32,000 nucleotides of DNA from Staphylothermus marinus F1 (GTDB lineage: Archaea > Thermoproteota > Thermoprotei_A > Sulfolobales > Desulfurococcaceae), in NCBI RefSeq assembly GCF_000015945.1, contig NC_009033.1, positions 1,410,001-1,442,000 on the forward strand, in the 5' to 3' direction. The notes beneath the pieces were generated by a model. The model made no database searches. It worked only from the letters and a program-made list of their open reading frames with translations, and was not told the DNA's origin. Of the stretch, positions 17,261 through 25,888 are shown piece by piece (within the stretch, counting starts at the first letter, position 1; every line of letters begins with the position of its first letter). The position numbers and the translations under genes were made by a program.

Positions 17261-18808
17261 TTAAAGGGGTTTTATTTTTAGACTCAGTATTTCTTTTGGA
17301 TCATTTATTACTAGTGGGTTTTTATTCATTAGTATTGGGTCAGCGTAGCATCCTTCATATAGGCATCCAAGTTTATCATCGTTTAAAGCGTAAGCTGATC
17401 CACGTGTATAAGCATATAGTGCTTCTATTAGTTCTATTTTTTCATTAGCAGTAATTATTCCATGGGATAATCCCTCGTTTATTCCTCTCGTAACTGCTGC
17501 ATAAATTGTTTCTCTAGGATCAATTGGTTCGACGGGGGAATCTGTTGATAATGCTATAAATGTTTTTTCACTAAGAGATTTGAATCTATAAGCCCATTTT
17601 ACACGTTCATACCCTATTCTATCAATTAACCATTTATCAGATAATACGAATCTTGGTTGGATAACGATTACAGGTTTTACTTCATTTATGATCCTCAATT
17701 GATCATCTCTAACAAGTGATGCATGCTCTACTCTATGCCTCAAAAACTGGGTATCCCTACTGATTTTAAGGAGAATATGCAATACATGGTCTAAACATGC
17801 ATCACCTATGCAGTGAACGGCTAATTGTAATCCCAGATTGTTTGCTCTATACATTATTTTTTCTAATTGTTCAGGATCACATAGTAAAAGCCCCCTATTA
17901 GATCGATCATCACTATATGGTTGGGAGAGATAAGCAGTTCGAGTCCCTAATGCTCCATCTAATATAATTTTTACACCATTAATTCTCAGTCTTCGACCAT
18001 GATTTCTAGAAATTAATGCTTCTCGAGCAACTTTATCTATTTCCTCTAATTTATGGATAAACATGTATACATATATATGTATGGGTATTTTATCGGCTTT
18101 ATCTAGTTTCTTCAATGCTTCTAGGCATTTCCAGTTACAACCAGCAACTCCTATTGCTACAACACCTTTTTCTCGAACATAACTAATGCTTTCTTCTAAT
18201 AAATTCATATATGTTTGGGGAGATAGATTATCTATTATATAATTGTAGAGAATTGTAACTGCATCTTCGAATATCCAGCCGTTTCTTATATCAATTTTAT
18301 TCCTCACGGTATCTCCAGATATTTTTAATAATATATCTAGAGCAACACTGTTAACTATGCCCATATGTCCTGATTTATGAATTACAAATACTGGTTCGTC
18401 TTTGAAGATAGAATCTAAATCTTTGAGGGTTGGTGGTTTCTTTTCGTCCATGAATAAATTATGGTCGAAACCCCTACCAATAATCCATTCTCCAAGCTTT
18501 TTCCCAACAGCCAGTTTCTCCAATAATTCTTTTCGTGTGGAGATTTTTTCAAGATTATTTGTTGATAACAGTATTCCTAGGCTATCAATATGCATGTGTG
18601 CATCGATGAATCCAGGAGCGACAACTCCACTATAATATTCTGGCTCAACACCGATCTCTCTAGCTATTTTCTTTATTGTTTCCTTATCCCTACACAGTAC
18701 TATTTGATCACTTGCTATAAAGACTGCTCCGCATTTTTTGAAAGGCTTATACGAAGTTATAACGCCTTTTTCAGGTATAATAGCTCTATAACTATATATA
18801 TCATGCAA
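17261..18808 (-). CDS. Metal-dependent amidohydrolase (Amidohydro_3 / COG1574-like TIM-barrel hydrolase)
   Basis: APGFIDAHMHIDSLG (HxH metal site), later HCIGD and EHAS, ..STDSPVEP (Asp near C-terminus). 515 aa, consistent with the family. Confidence 0.8.
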   Translation of the reverse strand: MHDIYSYRAIIPEKGVITSYKPFKKCGAVFIASDQIVLCRDKETIKKIAREIGVEPEYYSGVVAPGFIDAHMHIDSLGILLSTNNLEKISTRKELLEKLAVGKKLGEWIIGRGFDHNLFMDEKKPPTLKDLDSIFKDEPVFVIHKSGHMGIVNSVALDILLKISGDTVRNKIDIRNGWIFEDAVTILYNYIIDNLSPQTYMNLLEESISYVREKGVVAIGVAGCNWKCLEALKKLDKADKIPIHIYVYMFIHKLEEIDKVAREALISRNHGRRLRINGVKIILDGALGTRTAYLSQPYSDDRSNRGLLLCDPEQLEKIMYRANNLGLQLAVHCIGDACLDHVLHILLKISRDTQFLRHRVEHASLVRDDQLRIINEVKPVIVIQPRFVLSDKWLIDRIGYERVKWAYRFKSLSEKTFIALSTDSPVEPIDPRETIYAAVTRGINEGLSHGIITANEKIELIEALYAYTRGSAYALNDDKLGCLYEGCYADPILMNKNPLVINDPKEILSLKIKPL

Positions 18809-18883
18809 TGTACATACACCAGATACATATATATCAAATAATTATTAGTCTTATTAGCAGAATATATTCTTGGGCGATGATTC

Positions 18884-19444
18884 TTGGAGAAATACATTGT
18901 CTTCCATAATAATAAGGTGGTTGGACAATATACTAGGTTCATAGATGCTTTCAAAACCGTTATCGAGATTGGCGGGGGAGAAATTTATCGCGGAGAACTC
19001 GTAATGAAGCTTTCACCAAGTGAGATCGCTGAATTGAAAGATTTTATATCATGGATACCTGTTGAGCCTGTCGAAGCACCTGTTGCTAGTAAGAGGAAGG
19101 TTGCAATAGTTCTTGACCAAATGTTTAAAGGCTTCTATACGGAGGTGCTTGCAAGAGAATTTAAAGACTACGAAATACATGAAATAGTTGGTAAAGGAGT
19201 TGATAAGCCCATAAGGAGTGGTAACATAGTTAGAGAACCGGCTGAGAACGATTTAGATATAGTTAAGCTTATACAGTCCCTAATAGATAAAAGCTACAAA
19301 GTATACTTTTTCACTGGAGATAAGAAATTATATATGCATACCTCAACTATTCCCGGAGTCAAATCTTACTACATGCCTCCAAGCGAGTATCCCAGCAAAG
19401 AAAAACTAGTTCTAGAAATGATCAAATATGTTAGGGAGGGATGA
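18884..19444 (+). CDS. Hypothetical protein; the C-terminal half is vaguely PIN/Mut7-C-like (weak)
   Basis: 186-aa ORF with a TTG start; the next in-frame ATG is at 19004. KVAIVLDQMFKGFYTEVLAREF...VYFFTGDKKLY resembles small nuclease-fold domains only loosely. Ends in a tandem TGATGA stop. Confidence 0.4.
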   Translation: MEKYIVFHNNKVVGQYTRFIDAFKTVIEIGGGEIYRGELVMKLSPSEIAELKDFISWIPVEPVEAPVASKRKVAIVLDQMFKGFYTEVLAREFKDYEIHEIVGKGVDKPIRSGNIVREPAENDLDIVKLIQSLIDKSYKVYFFTGDKKLYMHTSTIPGVKSYYMPPSEYPSKEKLVLEMIKYVREG

Positions 19445-19543
19445 TGAACTCTTTTATGAGGAATCGCTAGGTAATCTATTTTTTTCCCGAGTAATATAAT
19501 AGAATATTTTGAGGAATAAGTTCCTGGTTAACATATAAAGTAT

Positions 19544-20113
19544 ATGAGTTGGTTTATGGTGGAAAAGTTAAAAGAAACAAGAAAAACGAGAAGAAGAGAT
19601 ATTATCGATACCGAATTAATTTCTGAAATTTTAGATATGAAGATAAATGATTTTATAAAAAAATACCGTCCTCCCCCAACTATATATATTACTGTTAAGA
19701 AGGGTACAAAACTCTATAATGTATTGAAAGCGATTGCAACAGGACATCCCGTAATGATTATTGTAGTAGATGAAGACAGGAAGCCTATAGGTTATTTAAC
19801 AGATTACCATATTCTATCCAGTTTCGCACGTAGATCACGTCCTAGAAGCATCCTAGCATCCTTTTCTATCTCCCAGATCAGTATACCGATAGAAAAATCG
19901 CTCGATATACCCGTAGAAGATTTAATGGATAAACGTCCACCGTTAATTAGTTTAGATAATAAAGTAAAAGATTTGATAAGGACTATTAGGAGCTTAGGTG
20001 TCCCTGCCGTAATAATTGTTGATAAAAACAATATTATTAGAGGAGTAATTGATAGGAGATTCCTCGTTAAAACTCTCTTGAACAACTTGTTAGGAGAACC
20101 TACAATGTTCTAG
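19544..20113 (+). CDS. CBS-domain pair protein
   Basis: Two CBS-like units: ..VMIIVVDEDRKPIGYLTDYHILSSF and DLMDKRPPLISLDNKVKDLIRTIRSLGVPAVIIVDKNNIIRGVIDRRFLVKTLL. Confidence 0.75.
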   Translation: MSWFMVEKLKETRKTRRRDIIDTELISEILDMKINDFIKKYRPPPTIYITVKKGTKLYNVLKAIATGHPVMIIVVDEDRKPIGYLTDYHILSSFARRSRPRSILASFSISQISIPIEKSLDIPVEDLMDKRPPLISLDNKVKDLIRTIRSLGVPAVIIVDKNNIIRGVIDRRFLVKTLLNNLLGEPTMF

Positions 20114-20247
20114 TCGGATATATTGTTTTATTAAGCAATTACATAATATTCTTGATACATAAAAACAGTTTTGTACGGGAAAACTATTTTCATATTCGTT
20201 CTAAAGAAAAAAGGTAAAAAATAAATAAAAGATGCTGTTTAAATAAT

Positions 20248-21198
20248 ATGTTGCCTCCCGCTAAGGTGGGGCAAAAACTGTTAGAGGTTATTGATATGGA
20301 CGAACATATCACGTCTAGACATTTTACTGCTGAATCTATTGATGTAGATATTGGTAGATCAATCGTTATAATAAATGCACAAGATGCACAGGAGCTTGGT
20401 TTAGGCCCTTCTTCAAAGGTTAAGTTGACGAAGGGTGATCGAAGCAGAAGCGCAGCAGTAGCAATAACTAAGACCATGGTTCCCAGAGGCAAAATACTAG
20501 TATCTAAAGATATCGCGTGGGCACTTAAGCTATCCGATGGAGAATTAATAGGTTTAAGACCCTATCCTGTTCCACCAAGCTTTATGGCTCTACAAAAAAG
20601 GCTTCATGGCGAGCGTATCAGCCAAGATGAAATGTACCGGTTGATAAGAGACATTGTTGATGGAGCATATGGTGAAGCAGAAATTGCAGCTTTTCTCACA
20701 AGCCAAATATACTATGAGCTTAGCGAGGACGAGTTACATTCTCTTATTAGAGCTATGGTTGAAACTGGTAGTAAAATAGAGTTTGAAGACACAGTATATG
20801 ATGAACACAGTATAGGTGGTGTGCCAGGTAATAGTAAAGTAGCATTAATAGCTGTACCCACAGTAGCTGCTGGCGGACTACTTATTCCAAAAACAAGTAG
20901 TAGAGCTATAACAAGCCCGGCAGGAACAGCTGATACAATGGAGGTTCTAGCACGAGTTGATTTCGCAGCTGACGAAATAAAAGAGATAGCTAGAAAAGTA
21001 CGAGCAACACTGGCTTGGGGCGGCAAATTAAATCTTGCACCCGCAGATGATATATTTGTGGGAATAGAGAGAAAACTAAGCATTGATCCATGGCATCAAA
21101 TGGTGGCAAGCATTCTAGCGAAGAAAGCAGCTATGGGTGTAGATAATCTCGTCATAGACATACCTGTTGGGAGAAAAGCTAAAGTTAAAAAAAGTTGA
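20248..21198 (+). pseudogene. deoA: AMP phosphorylase (thymidine-phosphorylase family, DeoA-type), N-terminal 315 codons, terminated by a frameshift in an A7 tract
   Basis: EHSIGGVPGNSKVALIAVPTVAAGGLLIPKTSSRAITSPAGTADTMEV, WGGKLNLAPADD, and LVIDIPVGRKAKV (phosphate/nucleoside-binding motifs). Includes the archaeal-specific N-terminal extension. The frame stops at TGA 21196-21198, directly after A7 (21187-21193). Confidence 0.85.
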
Positions 21199-21826
21199 TG
21201 AAGCCGATCAATTAGCTGGAATATTCATTAGGCAAGCAGCAAGACTAGGTATGAGGATCAGAGTAGCCTTAACATTTGGTGGACAACCAATAGGTGCAAC
21301 AGCAGGACCAGCTCTCGAAGCTAAGGAGGCATTAGAGACAATGATTAATAGGAAGGGGAAGAAGAGCCTTGTCGATAAAGCATTATCCATTGCTGGACTA
21401 GTATTCGAGCTCAGTGGAAAAGTACCTCCGGGTAGAGGGGTAGAGGTTGCTCGAGACATATTTCTAAGCGGTAAAACATATGAGAAATTCAAGGAGGTCG
21501 TTGAGGCTCAAGAAGGTGATCCAAACATTAAACCAGAAGATATCCCCCTAGGTAAACATACATATACAATAGAGTCTCCAATAGAGGGGGCAGTAACATA
21601 TATTGATAACGCAGCAATAACAACTATTGCGAGAGCAGCGGGTGCACCATTTGATAAAGGTGCGGGAGTATATCTGCATGCAAAGATTGGTTATAGAGTA
21701 AACAAGGGTGATCCGTTACTAACTATTTATAGTAGTAGTTCTGCTAGGCTAAGAGAAGCAATAAACTTAGCATCTAGGTATTCTCCACTAATAGTTGAAG
21801 GAATGCTCTTAAAAATATTGCCTTAA
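21167..21826 (+). pseudogene. deoA: AMP phosphorylase, C-terminal ~210 codons in the +1 frame (continuation of 20248..21198)
   Basis: From 21194 onwards: VDEADQLAGIFIRQAARLGMRIRVALTFGGQPIGATAGPALEAKEAL...EGDPNIKPEDIPLG...ARAAGAPFDKGAGVYLHAKIG. This is the contiguous C-terminal half of the same family. The only 'start' in this frame is a TTG at 21167, with no ATG near the junction. Confidence 0.85.
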
Positions 21827-21833
21827 ACTCTTT

Positions 21834-22673
21834 TTACTCCATTATAAACTCTATTTTTATCCTTTTAGGTTTCTCTGTTGTTTCAACAATACTACCTATG
21901 AATCCCTCTAACAAGCTAGCCGCTATTCTAGCAATTTTAGGATCTAGCTCTACAATTTTGCCATCAACATATATTCTAAGTGGAAATGCAAACGGGCATT
22001 CATAAGGCATTATAATACCGTGAAGTATTTTCTCAGCAATCTCCGTCCACGAGCCAGCACCACAAGTATCTGGTGATCCCTTAAACTTTGAAGCAATCAA
22101 TCTTAGAGCATCCTTGTATATCTCACCAGCCAAATGCTCTGTTTCATCTATTAGGAGAGCATTGAAACCTATACTCTTAGATTTCTCGACCAGTTCATAA
22201 TCATTACTTACAATATACCATAGACCCTTCTCAACTTTTATTAAAGAATTAATCTGCGATGGATCTGTTACTATTGCTATTGCTTTACCAACATTTGATC
22301 CCAGGAATCCCTCAGCTAATACTAGTGGATGATACTTCATTGCATAGATGATTTCCTTCAATCCCGTAAAGGGTTCCCTATATATTAATGTAAGCTCAGG
22401 ACTGGAAACAAATACCGTTTGTGCACCGGCAAGCTTATATCTTCCAGGATCACTTAGTTCATCAAGTATTTTCTCATGTGTTTGCTTAACAACAGCTAAT
22501 TTAACACCTCTACGTGATAATTCGGATACAAGCTCTGTTCCCAAACTTGTTTTTCCAACACCTGAAGCCAACGCTACAATTCTATAAACAGGAGTTAAAC
22601 CAACTATTTCCTCAATACTGGGCAAAGCATACACCATACAAGGTATTAATTTTTTCATAAATAATATATACAT
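21834..22673 (-). CDS. mobB: MobB-like P-loop protein (molybdopterin-guanine dinucleotide biosynthesis adapter family) with an extra ~150-aa C-terminal domain
   Basis: RIVALASGVGKTSLGTELVSELSRRGVKLAVVKQTHEKI..DPGRYKLAGAQTVFVSS matches the MobB P-loop/IKHxHH/GKDS-like layout, with degenerate His residues. The C-terminal part contains C-x-A-G-S-W...PYECPF. Start uncertain (ATGs at 22673, 22658, 22637). Confidence 0.6.
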   Translation of the reverse strand: MYILFMKKLIPCMVYALPSIEEIVGLTPVYRIVALASGVGKTSLGTELVSELSRRGVKLAVVKQTHEKILDELSDPGRYKLAGAQTVFVSSPELTLIYREPFTGLKEIIYAMKYHPLVLAEGFLGSNVGKAIAIVTDPSQINSLIKVEKGLWYIVSNDYELVEKSKSIGFNALLIDETEHLAGEIYKDALRLIASKFKGSPDTCGAGSWTEIAEKILHGIIMPYECPFAFPLRIYVDGKIVELDPKIARIAASLLEGFIGSIVETTEKPKRIKIEFIME

Positions 22674-22724
22674 AGAAGTTTAAAAGGATAAAACAACAAT
22701 TATCCTATTCAATGCTGAGAAAAC

Positions 22725-24125
22725 TTGAGCATTGGGGGGTATAGAGGTTTGAAATATGATGTTATAGTTGTTGGTGCGGGAGTAGCTGGTTTAAATGCTG
22801 CATTCGTACTAGCATCTAAGGGGTTCAATGTTGCAATTATTGAGAGTAAACCTAGGAGTAGGATTGGAGATAAAACATGTGGGGATGCTATAGGTGTTCA
22901 CCACTTCAAAGAGCTAGGTTGGTATCCTCCCGAGGAAACAATAGATCATAGGTATAAAGGTGTGAAAATCTATAGTCCCAGCGAAAAATACAGTATTATT
23001 GTTTCAGGCGAGGGGGTTAGTGTTAATAGGTTAAAGTTCGGGCAATGGCTACTGAAAAGAGCAGAAGATAATGGAGCTGTTCTCTTAGATAAACATGTAT
23101 TACTAGGAGTTAAATTCAATGATAACGGTATACAATCTATTAAGGTAAAAGAGCTGGGCAAACCAGGGCTTAAAGAACTAGTAGCTGATGCATTCATAGA
23201 TACTAGTGGAGCCAAGCCAGCGCTTAGATCTAAGCTTCCACTAGAATGGCCTATTTCTGAAAGACCATACATGACTGATTATAATATTGCTTACCGCGAA
23301 GTATTGGAGATAAATGAACCTGTTAATGACGAAGATGTAGATTATGCAGTAATCTATCTAAACACAATCATTGCCCCAGGAGGTTATTGGTGGTTTTTCC
23401 CAAAGAATCCAAGCGGTAAAATAGTTAATGTTGGATTAGGAGTGGTATGGGGTGTCGACGACTATAATCCGAGACACAACTACAATAAATATTTGAAGCC
23501 CAGATTCAAGGGAAAACTCCTCCACGCAGGCGGGGGAATGGTGCCAACACGTAGACCTCTACCAACACTTGTATGGAGAAACGTTGGCGTAGCAGGTGAT
23601 GCAGCATACACTGTTAACCCAGTACACGGCGGAGGAATAGGCTCGTCTCTACAAGCATCGGCTATTGTCGCAAAATATATTGGAGACGCGTTGGAGAAGG
23701 GAATAGTTGATGAAACAACTACATGGCAAGCTAATAAGGAATATATGCAGGCATATGGTGCTAAACAAGCTGCTCTAGACATATTAAGAATGTATCTCCA
23801 AAAACTAAGCAATGAAGAATTCGAATGGATAATGAAGAATAAAATAGTAGATGGCAAATCAATATATGATCTAGGAACACATGCTAGGTTAATAGAAGAA
23901 GTAGTTCATGGAATATCAAGCATGTTAAGACTACTATCTAAGCCAACACTGCTAAACCAGTTAAGAATTGTTAGAAACTACATGAATAAAGTCAAAGAAC
24001 TATATCTCGATAAGTATCCTGAAACACCAGAAAAACTATATGAATGGATGGAGGTTGTCGAGAAAACCTATAATGAATATAGAGCCCAAATAAAATATGA
24101 TCCAGGACAGAAAGTGAAATGGTAA
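22725..24125 (+). CDS. Digeranylgeranylglycerophospholipid (geranylgeranyl) reductase, archaeal membrane-lipid saturation
   Basis: KYDVIVVGAGVAGLNAA, RIGDKTCGDAIG, APGGYWWFFPK, VPTRRPLPT, GDAAYTVNPVHGGGIGSS, YGAKQAALDILRMYLQKLSNEEF. From memory these align nearly motif-for-motif with the crystallised Sulfolobus acidocaldarius GGR (~452 aa). TTG starts at 22725 or 22749. Confidence 0.9.
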   Translation: MSIGGYRGLKYDVIVVGAGVAGLNAAFVLASKGFNVAIIESKPRSRIGDKTCGDAIGVHHFKELGWYPPEETIDHRYKGVKIYSPSEKYSIIVSGEGVSVNRLKFGQWLLKRAEDNGAVLLDKHVLLGVKFNDNGIQSIKVKELGKPGLKELVADAFIDTSGAKPALRSKLPLEWPISERPYMTDYNIAYREVLEINEPVNDEDVDYAVIYLNTIIAPGGYWWFFPKNPSGKIVNVGLGVVWGVDDYNPRHNYNKYLKPRFKGKLLHAGGGMVPTRRPLPTLVWRNVGVAGDAAYTVNPVHGGGIGSSLQASAIVAKYIGDALEKGIVDETTTWQANKEYMQAYGAKQAALDILRMYLQKLSNEEFEWIMKNKIVDGKSIYDLGTHARLIEEVVHGISSMLRLLSKPTLLNQLRIVRNYMNKVKELYLDKYPETPEKLYEWMEVVEKTYNEYRAQIKYDPGQKVKW

Positions 24126-24658
24126 TCTTTGCAGGATTAGACCCTGCTGGAACAGAGAAGAGACCTACCGGTTTAGCAATAATTAAAAACAATATTTTCA
24201 TTTTTATTGGAAAACTATATCGAGACAACGAGATAATAGACAAGATCCTATTCTATAAACCAGTTGTTTTAGCAATAGACTCGCCATTATCATATTCTAA
24301 GGGGTACCGGGAAGTAGACTTATTAATGAAGAAACTTGGATACAAAGTATTACCTCCAGGATGGCGAAGTATGCAAATACTAATCCATAGAAGTCTCCGC
24401 ATCAAATCTATACTTGAAAAACGAGGTGTTAAAGTAATAGAAACACATCCACTAAGCGCTTTAAAATCTAGTGGATGCAAAACTCTAGATGAACTCTTAG
24501 CTAAGCTAAATATTAAGCTAGAAACCAAGAATCTAAGCAAAGATGAAAAAGACGCTGTAATAGCTAGTTTGGTTGCAAAATTCTATTATGAAAATAAATC
24601 ATATATGGTTAAAGCTAAAGATGGTATAATTCATTTATTACCTAAAATATGTAGTTAA
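24119..24658 (+). CDS. Predicted RNase H-fold protein (DUF429/COG2410-like)
   Basis: MVIFAGLDPAGTEKRPTGLAII....VLAIDSPLSY....ETHP... has the acidic-residue spacing of the DUF429-type RNase-H-like fold. The ATG overlaps the GGR stop (ATGGTAA). Confidence 0.5.
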   Translation: MVIFAGLDPAGTEKRPTGLAIIKNNIFIFIGKLYRDNEIIDKILFYKPVVLAIDSPLSYSKGYREVDLLMKKLGYKVLPPGWRSMQILIHRSLRIKSILEKRGVKVIETHPLSALKSSGCKTLDELLAKLNIKLETKNLSKDEKDAVIASLVAKFYYENKSYMVKAKDGIIHLLPKICS

Positions 24659-24670
24659 TCATATGCGGAA

Positions 24671-25888
24671 GTGATAGTGATGCATGAAGCTCTTATAGCA
24701 TCAATATTGATAATATTAATGCTTCCCTTAACAATAGCTAGTCTAACAGGTTCAACAACAGTATTAATTAGAGCTAATGGAACCTTCTCTATGAGCTCCG
24801 AAATAATTTATAGAATTAATTCAACTATGAATTCCAAACTTGAAGGATCATTTATAAATGGAGAAATGATCAGCATAAATATTTCTCAATCAACTATGCA
24901 AAAGGAAAATATTAATGTAAGCTTCGAAATGTTCAGGAAAAATACAATATTTTATGGAAATCTAACTGAAAACTATAGAGGAGCTGATAAATCATTTTAT
25001 AATAGAGAAACCTTTTACACGATAAAACTAATCAACAATAACAAGATGAATATTTCCTACTTAACCATTAATGTTACATCAAATAATAAGAAAATAATTC
25101 TTCACTGGAACATCACACTATTATCAATAGCACTGCTAACACATAATGAGAGTATAACAACAAGGTATAAATACTCGAACAACTTATATAAGTTGAAGAT
25201 TACAATTAGAAATGGAATAGTAAATTTAAATAACGAAGCCAAAAAATTATTTACTCAAATATTATTCACTAGATACAATTATACTCTTATATGGAACATT
25301 CTTCCCCGTGTCAACAAGATAAAAACAATAATCAATACTGTGGATAAGAGAATGAATATGCAGTTATACTATTCTATTAATGGCTTAGATCTTCCTACTA
25401 ATAAATCTAAGTATGTTCTACCAATTATAATTCAAATAAGAAACAATACACTCAGCATAATCAATATTCCTATTGGTTTAATCAACTACGTACTGTTTAC
25501 ACGTGCATCATGGAATTCTACATGCATAAATGGATTGATTAGAAGCAATATATATGCTGAAGGTATTGGTTTAAAAACACAGGGTTTTGATAAAATACAC
25601 TCAATAATATATTCAGCAACCCGATCAATAGGATCAATATCAAATACCACCATAGTTGGTTCAAACATATATTTCAACATTAATGGTAATATAACAAATA
25701 AATTCATACTAACTCCAAAAATGAATATTTCAACAATAAATATTGTTTATAACACAAATACTGGAAAAACCACGTCGGCTAGAGAAGGCGAACAAGTAAC
25801 TTGGTTAATTATAATTGGTTCTGTGATAACAATTATGATTATCCTATACGTTCTATACCGATATCGCGTATTTTCTCGACGAGCTTAA
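24671..25888 (+). CDS. Secreted, heavily N-glycosylatable Asn/Ile-rich protein with signal sequence and C-terminal TM anchor
   Basis: N-terminal ALIASILIILMLPLTIASLTG and C-terminal VTWLIIIGSVITIMIILYVLYRYRVFSRRA. More than 15 N-x-S/T sequons. Very AT-rich codon usage. The ATG at 24680 is the probable start. Confidence 0.55.
   Translation: MIVMHEALIASILIILMLPLTIASLTGSTTVLIRANGTFSMSSEIIYRINSTMNSKLEGSFINGEMISINISQSTMQKENINVSFEMFRKNTIFYGNLTENYRGADKSFYNRETFYTIKLINNNKMNISYLTINVTSNNKKIILHWNITLLSIALLTHNESITTRYKYSNNLYKLKITIRNGIVNLNNEAKKLFTQILFTRYNYTLIWNILPRVNKIKTIINTVDKRMNMQLYYSINGLDLPTNKSKYVLPIIIQIRNNTLSIINIPIGLINYVLFTRASWNSTCINGLIRSNIYAEGIGLKTQGFDKIHSIIYSATRSIGSISNTTIVGSNIYFNINGNITNKFILTPKMNISTINIVYNTNTGKTTSAREGEQVTWLIIIGSVITIMIILYVLYRYRVFSRRA

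Noticed and set aside
18590-18954. Short ORFs 18590..18841 (+) and 18757..18954 (-) around the amidohydrolase start
   Set aside because: They overlap the amidohydrolase 5' end and the AT-rich intergenic region. Tyr/Ile/Leu-rich low-complexity translations are typical of random frames in AT-rich DNA.
19441-19447. Perfect C-box heptamer ATGATGA downstream of the 186-aa ORF
   Set aside because: It is simply the tandem stop TGA-TGA region of the ORF. No CUGA (D or D' box) occurs in the next ~80 nt, so there is no C/D sRNA architecture.
21167-21826. Treating the C-terminal AMP phosphorylase ORF as an independent gene starting at TTG 21167
   Set aside because: It overlaps the upstream ORF and has no ATG or SD. 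The encoded sequence is only the C-terminal half of a single-domain-organised enzyme and aligns contiguously with the upstream ORF after removing one A.
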